Origin: Haloarculaceae archaeon
Lineage (GTDB): Archaea > Halobacteriota > Halobacteria > Halobacteriales > Haloarculaceae
Direction of reading: 5' to 3'
Assembly: GCA_018609945.1 (NCBI GenBank)
Contig: JAHENO010000011.1
Span: forward strand, 1 to 63,137
DNA: 63,137 bases
Part shown: piece after piece, positions 36,272 to 44,698 of the stretch
Layout: every line of letters begins with the position of its first letter
Numbering within the stretch: position 1 is the first letter of the stretch
The notes under the pieces: generated by a model
Told to the model about the DNA's origin: nothing
The model's database searches: none
What the model saw: the letters and a program-made list of their open reading frames with translations, nothing else
Program-made: the position numbers and the translations under genes

Positions 36272-37432
36272 ATGGACACCGCACTCGATGTCGCAGTCGT
36301 CGGTGGCGGGGCCGTCGGAACGAGCACGCTGTTTCACCTTGCGGCCGACCACGACATCCGTGGCATCCTCTTCGAGAAGGGCCAGCTGGGGTCGGGGTCG
36401 ACCGGTAAGGCTGCCGGGGGGGTGCGCAACACCTTCACGAGTCCCGCGAACATCGCGGTGGGTAACCGCGCCATCGAGTACTTCCGGAACTTCGCCGACC
36501 GCGTCGGCGAGGAGGTGCCGTTCCGCCAGGACGGGTACATGTACCTGTTCCACTCGAAGGCGGCGGCCGAGCGGTGGCGCGACCGGGCGGCACTGTTCCG
36601 GCGTCACGGCGTCGGGGCGGAACTGCTCTCGCCCGCGGGTGCCGCCGAGAAGTTCCCGCCGCTGGCCGCCGACGCCATCGGCGGGGCCCTGTTCGGGCCG
36701 GACTGTGGACACGTCGACCCCCACAGGCTCACGCAGGCCTTTGGCCGGGCGGCGACCGAGGGCGGGGCGACCGTCCACACCGGGACCGCGGTTACGGACG
36801 TCCGCGTCGAGGACGGCGCCGTGGCGGCCGTCGAGACCGAGACCGGCACGCACGAGGTCGACGCCGTCGTCGACGCCGCGGGCCCCTGGGCCGGCCGGGT
36901 CGCCGGGATGGTCGGCCTCGACCTGCCCCTGGATCTGCTCGTCCGGCGTATCGTGGTCCTCGAGGGGCTGTCCGACGCCGACGGGCCGCTGGTGATCGAT
37001 CCCGAGCGGGAGTGTTACTTCGGCGCCGAACCCGACGGGTCGCTCTTGGTCTGCAACACCGGCGAGGACATCCACGACATCGAGAATCCCGACGCGGCCA
37101 CCGACCAGCGGGTCGGCTACGACTACCACCTGGCGACCGCCGAGGCCGTCTCGGAACTGGTCCCGGCGCTGCCGGACCTGTCGGTCCGCAACGGCTGGAG
37201 CGGGCTCCAGACCCACACGCCCGACGGCCACGCTATCGTCGGCCCGACGGCGGTCGACGGGTTCTACCTCGGCTGCGGGTTCTCCGGGCACGGCGTCCAG
37301 CAGTCCCCGGTCGTCGGCGGCGCGCTCGCGGACATGGTGGTCCGGGGACAGACAGACCGCATCGACGCCGCGGCGTTCTCGCCCGCCCGCTTCGAGGAGC
37401 CCGCGGCCGGCCGGACCGAGGAGATGGCCTAA
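36272..37432 (+). CDS. FAD-dependent oxidoreductase, DAO / sarcosine-oxidase-beta-like (copy 1)
   Basis: Trimmed to MDTALDVAVVGGGAVGTST...GSGSTGKAAGGVRNTF. Confidence 0.85.
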   Translation: MDTALDVAVVGGGAVGTSTLFHLAADHDIRGILFEKGQLGSGSTGKAAGGVRNTFTSPANIAVGNRAIEYFRNFADRVGEEVPFRQDGYMYLFHSKAAAERWRDRAALFRRHGVGAELLSPAGAAEKFPPLAADAIGGALFGPDCGHVDPHRLTQAFGRAATEGGATVHTGTAVTDVRVEDGAVAAVETETGTHEVDAVVDAAGPWAGRVAGMVGLDLPLDLLVRRIVVLEGLSDADGPLVIDPERECYFGAEPDGSLLVCNTGEDIHDIENPDAATDQRVGYDYHLATAEAVSELVPALPDLSVRNGWSGLQTHTPDGHAIVGPTAVDGFYLGCGFSGHGVQQSPVVGGALADMVVRGQTDRIDAAAFSPARFEEPAAGRTEEMA

Positions 37433-37462
37433 CTTTATTGGGCTGGTCCGCACGGGAGGGGT

Positions 37463-38461
37463 ATGGCCGACCTGCTGTACCTGTCGAACCCGGAGGTGGT
37501 CGGACTGGCCGGCATGGCGGATTTCGTCGACGCGGTCAGGAGTGCGTACCGCGACTTCGGTGACGAGGGACGGCTCGGGGACGAAGACAAACTCTTCCGC
37601 GACTCCCCCGAGGGGATGCTGATGTACTACGGAGCCATCCTCCCCGCGGAGGGCGTCGCAGGAGCGTTCGTCTACTGGACCGGCTTCGGGGGTGGCGAGG
37701 GATGGTTCCTGACGGTCCTGGCCGACGCCGCCACCGGGGAGCCGGTGGCGATGGTCGACAGCCCCGGCATCAACCCCTACAAGACGGGCGCGACCGGCGG
37801 CGTCGGCGTCGACGCCCTGGCCCGGCCGGACGCGACGGAACTCGGACTGATCGGCACCGGCACCCAGGCCGCCTACCAGCTACTCGCCGCCGATCAGGTC
37901 CGCGACCTCGACGCTGTCCGGGCGTTCTCGCCGACGCGAGCCAACCGCGAGGCCTTCGCCCGGCGGATGGACGGGCGCTTCGGCGCCGACGTGACGGCCG
38001 TGGACAGCGCACGCGCCGCCGTACGCGGTGCCGATATCGTCATCACGGCGACCACGGCGACCGAACCGGTCGTCGACGCCGCCGACGTCGAACCCGGGAC
38101 CCACGTCACGGCGATGGGCCAGTCCCATCCCGACCGCCGGGAGGTCGGCCCCGACCTGGTCGAACGGGCGCTGTACGTGCCCGACACCCGCGAGCGGGCC
38201 TTCGACTCCTCGGGCGAACTCCAGGGCGCGATCGAAGCGGGCGCCGTCGACGAAACGGCGGTCCACCCCGGCGTCGGGGGCGTCCTCGCGGGGACCGCAC
38301 CCGGCCGGACCGACCCCGAACAGGTGACGCTGTTCGACATGGGTGGTAACGGCATCGAAACGGTCGCCGGGGCCAACATGGTCGCCGAACGTGCCCGCGA
38401 GCGCGGCCGCGGAACGACCCTCTCGCTGACGCCCCAGAGCGAGGGGTTCGAGTCGCTGTGA
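37463..38461 (+). CDS. Ornithine cyclodeaminase / mu-crystallin family protein (copy 1)
   Basis: INPYKTGATGGVGVDALA, GLIGTGTQAAYQ and VITATTATEPV. Confidence 0.85.
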   Translation: MADLLYLSNPEVVGLAGMADFVDAVRSAYRDFGDEGRLGDEDKLFRDSPEGMLMYYGAILPAEGVAGAFVYWTGFGGGEGWFLTVLADAATGEPVAMVDSPGINPYKTGATGGVGVDALARPDATELGLIGTGTQAAYQLLAADQVRDLDAVRAFSPTRANREAFARRMDGRFGADVTAVDSARAAVRGADIVITATTATEPVVDAADVEPGTHVTAMGQSHPDRREVGPDLVERALYVPDTRERAFDSSGELQGAIEAGAVDETAVHPGVGGVLAGTAPGRTDPEQVTLFDMGGNGIETVAGANMVAERARERGRGTTLSLTPQSEGFESL

Positions 38462-38512
38462 CGCGGTCCCGGTAATTGTCCGGGTGCCTCGCCTCCGGCG
38501 TCAGACCGTCCG

Positions 38513-39151
38513 TCAGCCGTCCGTCCGCGCGACCGCGCGAACTGGAGCAGCCTCGAATCCCGGCGCGTGCAGCGGGAGGCAGGTGAAATCGACCCGGTCG
38601 TGGTCGGCGACGGCGTCGGCCGAGCAGAGGTACTCCACGACGGGCACCCCGCCGCCGAGCAGCGTCCGGTGGACGGGCCGGTCGGGGTCGTCGAGGGCCT
38701 CGGTGAGGAAGTCGTTGCCGACGAGCGCTGGCTCGCGGTCGACGAGCCACTCCGCGGCCGAGGGGGTGAGGTGGGCGGCTTCCGCGAAGAAGTCCTCGTC
38801 GCCGAACCGGTGATCGACGTCGCCGGTGAGCAACAGCAAGCGGTCGCCGGGCTCGGGGTCGGCGGCCGCGGCGTCGAGCGTGGCGGCGTCGATCGGCTCG
38901 CCGCGGGCCGCCCTGAGATCGAGGACCGTCGCGGGGCCGAACCAGCGGTCGAGGCCCAGCGATCCCAGCGTCGGCCCCTCGGGATCGTAGTGGCGAGGTG
39001 CGTCGACGTGGGTGCCCTGGTGGGTACTCGACGCGAATCGGCGGGTGATCGCGCCGGTCTCGTCGGAGACCGACCGCTCGGACTCGAAACTCGGCAGACC
39101 GGGAAACAGTTGCATCCCGTCTTCTAGCGGCAGCGTCATGTCCACGCGCAT
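38513..39151 (-). CDS. Cyclase family protein (kynurenine-formamidase-like)
   Basis: HQGTHVDAPRH matches the HxGTHxDxPxH motif. The start is ATG 39151 or ATG 39139. Confidence 0.8.
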   Translation of the reverse strand: MRVDMTLPLEDGMQLFPGLPSFESERSVSDETGAITRRFASSTHQGTHVDAPRHYDPEGPTLGSLGLDRWFGPATVLDLRAARGEPIDAATLDAAAADPEPGDRLLLLTGDVDHRFGDEDFFAEAAHLTPSAAEWLVDREPALVGNDFLTEALDDPDRPVHRTLLGGGVPVVEYLCSADAVADHDRVDFTCLPLHAPGFEAAPVRAVARTDG

Positions 39152-39257
39152 GGCCCCAGTTCGGCGACAGCCGGCAAAAGCCATTCGCAGTCGTGAGCGG
39201 TATCCTGCTCACGGGGTCGCCGGTGGGTATAAGACCGGCGGGGCCGACAGTTCAGAC

Positions 39258-40400
39258 ATGTCCCAGGCAGCCGACCACTCGCTGCGACAGGTTAGCGACC
39301 TGGACGTCGTCGTCAGCGCCGACGAACACGTCAGCGAGGCCGTCGAGGACTTCCTGCCGTACATCGACGAGGACCGCTACAGCGGCATCAAGCGGATCAT
39401 CGAGCAGTCCGAGGACCCCTGGCGGGAGCTGTTCTCGGTGACGACGGCGCTGCCGCCGTTCTCGAACACCGCGATGGCGTCGAACTACGGCGGCGCAGAC
39501 GGCGTGATGCAACAGGGCGAGGACAAACTGGAGACGAAACTCCTCCGGCTCGACGAGTTCGACATCGACTACGGTATCCTGAACCCCACGCTGATGGTGG
39601 CGCTGCCGACGGTGAACAACCGGCAGGCCGCGGCGGCGCTGACCCAGGGATACAACGCGTGGCTCTACGAGGAGTTCGTGACCCGGAGCGACCGGCTGTA
39701 CGGCGCCATCGTCGTTCCCGGACAGGACCCCGAGATGGGCGCCCGCGAGATACGCAAGTACGGCGACAGGGACGGCGTCGTCGCCGTCCAGCTCGGCGCG
39801 ACCGGCCACAGCATCCCCGTCAGCCACGACTGGTGGGCGCCGGTCTACGAGGCCGCCCAGGAGATGGACCTCCCGGTGAAGTACCACAGTTCGTTCCCCG
39901 CCATCGGCCACGGCTTCCCGCTGCAACACCGCTGGCACCAGCTGTTCGCACAGGACAAGGTGCTCGCCCACCCGTTCTCGCAGATGTGGAACCTCCTGAA
40001 GCTCCTCTACGAGGGCGTTCCGATGCAGTATCCCGACCTGACGTTCGTCATTCAGGAGGCCGGGATCGGATGGATTCCCTACTGGAAGATGCGCCTGGAC
40101 CGGTACCACCTCGGCCTGGGCTCGGAGATGCCGATGCTCGACAAGCTCCCCAGCAAGTACATCGACGAGCGGTTCTACTTCACGACCCAGCCCGTGGGCC
40201 ACGCCGACCGCGAGGTGAAACACGTCGCCCAGCTGGCCGAGATGGCCGGTCCCGGGAACCTGGTCTACGCGGCCGACATCCCCCACTCCGATTTCGACAC
40301 GCCCGAGGAACTGTTCAACCCCATCAGGGGCGAACTCGACGACGATCAGGTCCGGGGGATCATGGGCGAGACGGCCATCGAGGTCTTCGACCTGCAATGA
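39258..40400 (+). CDS. Amidohydrolase-2 (ACMSD / decarboxylase-hydratase) family protein
   Basis: Trimmed to MSQAADHSLRQVSDLDVVVSADEHV. Contains YNAWLYEEF, VKYHS and YAADIPHSD. Confidence 0.78.
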   Translation: MSQAADHSLRQVSDLDVVVSADEHVSEAVEDFLPYIDEDRYSGIKRIIEQSEDPWRELFSVTTALPPFSNTAMASNYGGADGVMQQGEDKLETKLLRLDEFDIDYGILNPTLMVALPTVNNRQAAAALTQGYNAWLYEEFVTRSDRLYGAIVVPGQDPEMGAREIRKYGDRDGVVAVQLGATGHSIPVSHDWWAPVYEAAQEMDLPVKYHSSFPAIGHGFPLQHRWHQLFAQDKVLAHPFSQMWNLLKLLYEGVPMQYPDLTFVIQEAGIGWIPYWKMRLDRYHLGLGSEMPMLDKLPSKYIDERFYFTTQPVGHADREVKHVAQLAEMAGPGNLVYAADIPHSDFDTPEELFNPIRGELDDDQVRGIMGETAIEVFDLQ

Positions 40401-40750
40401 AACACCGGGTGGCGTCGACCGAGGAGTTCGGCGAGAACGAGCGCGTGATCGTCGAGGTCCAGGGTGCCGAGATCGCCGTCTTCCACACTGACGGCGAGTA
40501 CCACGCCGTCCTGAACTACTGTGTCCACCAGTCGGGACCGCTGTGCGAGGGTCCCCTTTCGGGGAAGATGGTCGCGGACCCGCCGGAGTTCGACTGGCGC
40601 TACGACGAGACGCCCCGGGTCGTGACCTGTCCGTGGCACAACTGGAAGTTCGACATCCGGACCGGCGAGAACGTCCAGGACGGCACCTACCAGGTACCGA
40701 CCTTCAAGACCGAGATCGAGGACGGCGACGTCTACGTGATCAGGGAGTGA
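40397..40750 (+). CDS. Rieske [2Fe-2S] domain protein (117 aa)
   Basis: CVHQSGPL...CPWHNWKF gives CxH...CxxH. ATGA overlap with the upstream gene. Confidence 0.85.
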   Translation: MKHRVASTEEFGENERVIVEVQGAEIAVFHTDGEYHAVLNYCVHQSGPLCEGPLSGKMVADPPEFDWRYDETPRVVTCPWHNWKFDIRTGENVQDGTYQVPTFKTEIEDGDVYVIRE

Positions 40751-41142
40751 CGGGGTCCGACGGCGCACCCGGCCGCGCGGGGCACCCGCCGGGCCACGAC
40801 GAGGAGGACCCCTACGCGGACGTCGACCTCGCGGAGTTGCCCGACTGGTGGCGGCGCAACGTCGAGGCGTTCCGGGACCACCGGATGCGCCCCTACCGAC
40901 CGCCGCAGTTCGAGGACGGGGACCTCGTGCCCGAACTGGTGCGACGGCTGGAGTCGGAACTGGATGTCGAGATCCGCATCCGCAAGCGGATCGGCCCCGA
41001 CCGGGACGAGGGCTGGACGGTCCTCGTCGATGGCCGGCCCGCCACGACGCTCGACCGCGTCCGAACCGAGGAGGGACGGTCGGTCTACGCGGTCACCGCC
41101 GCGGAGTTCGAGACGGCCGTCCGGGACGCCGTCGAGGCCTAG
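40747..41142 (+). CDS. Hypothetical protein (131 aa), GTG start overlapping the Rieske stop
   Basis: GTGA overlap at 40747-40750. Acidic, protein-like sequence ...DPYADVDLAELPDWWRRNVEAFRDHRMRPYRPPQFEDGD... No family recognised. Confidence 0.5.
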   Translation: MTGSDGAPGRAGHPPGHDEEDPYADVDLAELPDWWRRNVEAFRDHRMRPYRPPQFEDGDLVPELVRRLESELDVEIRIRKRIGPDRDEGWTVLVDGRPATTLDRVRTEEGRSVYAVTAAEFETAVRDAVEA

Positions 41143-41171
41143 GGCCCGTCGACGCCTCTGGCTGGTGCCTC

Positions 41172-41253
41172 ATAATGACCGCTGTAGCTATTTTCCAGGC
41201 CGACCGCACGACGTCGTGCGGTCGATCCGGTAACGAACTACAGCGGTCATTAT
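41172..41253. repeat. Nested perfect inverted repeats (16-bp outer arms, 22-bp inner palindrome)
   Basis: ataatgaccgctgtag (41172-41187) pairs with ctacagcggtcattat (41238-41253). The inner palindrome gaccgcacgac/gtcgtgcggtc lies at 41202-41223. Confidence 0.9.
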
Positions 41254-41957
41254 CACCCGCCGAGAAACTCCCGGCGGACTTGCTCGTTTTCGAGGAGTGC
41301 CCGTCCGGTGTCTTCGAACCTGTTTTCTCCCTGGACGAGGACGTAGCCACGATCGCACCGCCGGAGCGCCTCCGCTGCGTTCTGCTCGATCATCAGTATC
41401 GCCGTTCCCTGGTCGTTGATTTCGTCGATCCGATCGAACATGTCCGCGACCAGATCCGGGGCGAGGCCCGCCGAGGGTTCATCGAGCAACAGCAGTTCCG
41501 GATCGAGCATCAGGGCCCGACCCATCGCGAGCATCTGTCGCTGGCCGCCGCTGAGATGGGCTGCCTTCTGGTCTTCCCGTTCCCCCAGGATCGGGAACCG
41601 GTCGTAGATCGCCCGAATCCGGTCCTCCGGCACCTCGTCGAGAATGTATGCACCCATCTTCAGGTTCTCCCGGACCGTCAACGACGGAAACACCTTGTCG
41701 GTCTGTGGAACGTAGCTCAGGCCGAGGTGGACGCTATCCTCGGGCTGATTGTGCGTGATGTCTTCGCCCCCGAAGTAGATCGCTCCGCACATGTGGGTCG
41801 TGTACCCGAGCACAGATTTCATCACGGTCGACTTGCCGGCGCCGTTCGGTCCGACGAGGGTCACGTACTCACCGGAACTGACAGTTACGTCGACCGATTC
41901 GAGGACCTGTATCTTCTCGTAGCCAGCGTCGAGGTCTCGTACCTCGAGGAGCGCCAT
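41253..41957 (-). CDS. livF: Branched-chain-amino-acid-type ABC transporter ATPase (LivF type), cluster 1
   Basis: GPNGAGKST, LSGGQRQML and LLLLDEPSAGLAP. 234 aa. Confidence 0.92.
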   Translation of the reverse strand: MALLEVRDLDAGYEKIQVLESVDVTVSSGEYVTLVGPNGAGKSTVMKSVLGYTTHMCGAIYFGGEDITHNQPEDSVHLGLSYVPQTDKVFPSLTVRENLKMGAYILDEVPEDRIRAIYDRFPILGEREDQKAAHLSGGQRQMLAMGRALMLDPELLLLDEPSAGLAPDLVADMFDRIDEINDQGTAILMIEQNAAEALRRCDRGYVLVQGENRFEDTGRALLENEQVRREFLGG

Positions 41958-42721
41958 TATTCTATCTCCTCCCCGAGATACGCCGAGATGACCGTCTCGT
42001 CAGCGACGACGGTCGCCGGATCGTCGTCGGCGATCACGGTTCCCCGGTCCATCACGACCAGCCGATCGACGAGTTCGGTCAACTGCTGGATGTCGTGTTC
42101 GATCACGACGAACGTCACGCCACCGTCGTTGAGCGTCCGGACGTGGTCGAAGATCGCCCGTTCGAGGGATGGATTGACCCCAGCGAACGGTTCGTCGAGC
42201 AAGACCAGGTCGGGATCGCTCATCAGGATGCGGGCGAGTTCGAGGAGTTTCCGCTGTCCGCCGGAGATGTCGCTCGCGTACTCGTCGGCGACGGCTGCGA
42301 GGTCGAACCGACCGAGTTGCTCGCTGGTCTGTTCCGCGAGGCGTTCCTCTCGGTCGCGCATTCGTCCGGGTCGCAGGATAGCATTCAGGGCACTCTCCCC
42401 CGGCTGGTCGGGCGCAGCGAGCTGCAGGTTCTCCCTGACCGTCATGTTCCCGAGGACGCGAGTCAGCTGGTAGGTCCTGACGAGTCCTCTCCGGGGCAGT
42501 TCGTGTATGGGCTCGTGGGTGATATCTTCGCCATCGAACTGGACCGTTCCGGCGTCGATGGGCAGAACCTTCGTGACGCAGTTGAACAGCGTCGTTTTGC
42601 CTGCCCCGTTCGGGCCGATGAGCCCCACGAGTTCACCGCGCTCGATGGCGAGGTCGAGGCCGTCGACTGCCGTGATCCCGCCGAACCTCTTGGTCAATCC
42701 CGTTACGTCGAGCAGCGTCAT
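41957..42721 (-). CDS. livG: Branched-chain-amino-acid-type ABC transporter ATPase (LivG type), cluster 1
   Basis: FGGITAVDGL, GPNGAGKTTLFN, ISGGQRKLLE and LDEPFAGVNP. 254 aa. Confidence 0.92.
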   Translation of the reverse strand: MTLLDVTGLTKRFGGITAVDGLDLAIERGELVGLIGPNGAGKTTLFNCVTKVLPIDAGTVQFDGEDITHEPIHELPRRGLVRTYQLTRVLGNMTVRENLQLAAPDQPGESALNAILRPGRMRDREERLAEQTSEQLGRFDLAAVADEYASDISGGQRKLLELARILMSDPDLVLLDEPFAGVNPSLERAIFDHVRTLNDGGVTFVVIEHDIQQLTELVDRLVVMDRGTVIADDDPATVVADETVISAYLGEEIE

Positions 42722-43785
42722 TGGTCCAGACTCACCTCCTTTTTGTTCCCCCAGATGCCGTGCGGCCGATACCTGATTATCAACACGAGGATGAGGCCGA
42801 TGGCGAACAGCCGGAGTGACCCGTACTTGGCGGGCGTCAGGCCGGGGACCAGTTCGGGTAGAACGCCCTGTCCAAACCGCGTCACCAGCCGGAGGCTCAC
42901 GATGATCGCCAGGCCGGCGAGTGTCGCCAGGTGTTTGCCAGGGCCGCCGATGAGCATCCCGATCCAGAGAACGATCGTCACCTGGACGGTGAAAAAGCCG
43001 GGCGTGATTCCGCCGTTGTGCAGTACGAGCAGACTCCCGGCCAACCCGGCGATCATCGACCCGTAGATGAACACCTCCATCTTGTACCTGAACGTGTGCT
43101 TCCCGAGGGTCTTTGTCGCCAGTTCGTCACCCCGGATACCGCGGAGCACGCGGCCATACGGTGCACTCGTCAACCGGCTGAACAGCCCGTACACGAGCAA
43201 CAGGAGGGCGCCGAAGACGAACGCCGCGCCGACGAGACCCGTATCCGAATTCCCGGCGGCGTCGTAAATCGGACGCGGGAACCCGACCATGCCGTCGGTC
43301 CCACCCGCAAGTTCCCTGACGTTGATGAAGACCTCGAGCAACACCTCGGCCGCAGCCAGTGTCGTGATTGCGAGGAAATCCTCGCGGATCTTGAGCGTTG
43401 CCGCGCCCACGAGGACGCCGAGCATCCCGGCGGCGATCACCCCGCCGACGATTCCGACCGGCCACGCGAGACCGAAACCGGTACCGACGGTCGGATTCTC
43501 GGCGACGATGATTGCTGCTGCGTATCCCCCGACGAGGTAGAACGCGACCGGTCCGAAGTTGATCAGCCCGGTGTATCCGTACTGGAGGTTCAGGCCGAGT
43601 ACGACCAGTCCGTACAGCATGAAGATGATGGCGACGTCGACGAATACCCGGAGGTTCCCCGGAATCGTCACTACTAGCGGACCCATCAGGAATGCAACCG
43701 TCGCGAGCAGGATGACAGTACCGAGCACAGCCGCTGTGCGGCCCGGATCGGCGAGTCCCCTCTCCAGCCTGGATCGGATGCTCAC
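42718..43785 (-). CDS. livM: Liv-type ABC permease (LivM type), cluster 1
   Basis: GTG start overlapping the livH stop. GLNLQYGYTGLINFGPVAFY. Confidence 0.85.
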   Translation of the reverse strand: MSIRSRLERGLADPGRTAAVLGTVILLATVAFLMGPLVVTIPGNLRVFVDVAIIFMLYGLVVLGLNLQYGYTGLINFGPVAFYLVGGYAAAIIVAENPTVGTGFGLAWPVGIVGGVIAAGMLGVLVGAATLKIREDFLAITTLAAAEVLLEVFINVRELAGGTDGMVGFPRPIYDAAGNSDTGLVGAAFVFGALLLLVYGLFSRLTSAPYGRVLRGIRGDELATKTLGKHTFRYKMEVFIYGSMIAGLAGSLLVLHNGGITPGFFTVQVTIVLWIGMLIGGPGKHLATLAGLAIIVSLRLVTRFGQGVLPELVPGLTPAKYGSLRLFAIGLILVLIIRYRPHGIWGNKKEVSLDQ

Positions 43786-44657
43786 GTGGCCACCTCCTCG
43801 CCCGTGATCCCGCCAGGGCGGACCAGGAGGATGAGAATCAGGATGACGAACGCGACCGCCGTTCCGAGTCCGGAAAGCAGTCCCGGGAGAAAGAGGCCGG
43901 TCGCGAGCGTCATCGCGACGCCGATGATGTACGCGCCTGCGATCGCACCGTACGGGTTCCCGGCCCCGCCGAGGATCGCGGCCGTGATGACGATCAAAAT
44001 CGCGTCGAGACCCAGCGACGGCGAGGCGGACTGCTGGAGTGCGAGGACGTATCCCGACAGCCCGGCCATGGCTGATGAGAGCAACCACACGTAGATTCTG
44101 ATCCGCCCGGTGTCCACGCCGGTCGCACGCGCGAGTCTCTCGCTGTCGCCGGTCGCGCGCATCGCCATCCCGAGTGTCGTCCTCGTGAGCAGCAGATACG
44201 TCACGGCGAAAACCCCCAGCGCCAGGCCGACGATGAGCAGCATCTGGTTGCTGATGAAGACGCCGCCCAACACCTCGAACCGGTAGGTGCCCGGAACCGG
44301 TGCGAGGTGCTGTTCCGTCGGGCCAAACACCATCCGAATCCCGTTCCGGAGCATAAAGCCCACCCCGACGGACGTGAGCAAGAGCGGAATCGCACCCTTG
44401 TGGTGGATGGGCGAGAAAAACACTCTCGCGAGGGCAAGCCCGGTGACGGCACTGATACCCATCACCAGCGGGATGTTCAGGACGATCGACAGGCCGAGCG
44501 TGCCCGAGAGGAACGCGGCGACGTACGCGCCGATGGTCATGTACTCGGCGTGGGCGAAGTTGAGCATCCCGACGTAGCGGTACACGAGGGTGAAACCGAT
44601 GGCCGAGATGGCGTAGTACGACCCGACCTCGATCCCGAAGAGGAGTTGCTGTACCAT
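43782..44657 (-). CDS. livH: Liv-type ABC permease (LivH type), cluster 1
   Basis: MVQQLLFGIEVGSYYAISAIGFTLVYRYVGMLNFAHAEY. Confidence 0.9.
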   Translation of the reverse strand: MVQQLLFGIEVGSYYAISAIGFTLVYRYVGMLNFAHAEYMTIGAYVAAFLSGTLGLSIVLNIPLVMGISAVTGLALARVFFSPIHHKGAIPLLLTSVGVGFMLRNGIRMVFGPTEQHLAPVPGTYRFEVLGGVFISNQMLLIVGLALGVFAVTYLLLTRTTLGMAMRATGDSERLARATGVDTGRIRIYVWLLSSAMAGLSGYVLALQQSASPSLGLDAILIVITAAILGGAGNPYGAIAGAYIIGVAMTLATGLFLPGLLSGLGTAVAFVILILILLVRPGGITGEEVAT

Positions 44658-44698
44658 TCGCTACGTGGCGGGAGACCCGGTGGGCATGGCTGCGCGCA

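Noticed and set aside
34048-36327. 759-aa alternative-frame ORF over TPP enzyme 2
   Set aside because: Arg/Pro/Gly-rich. The neighbouring frame (34440-36119) carries genuine TPP-enzyme motifs.
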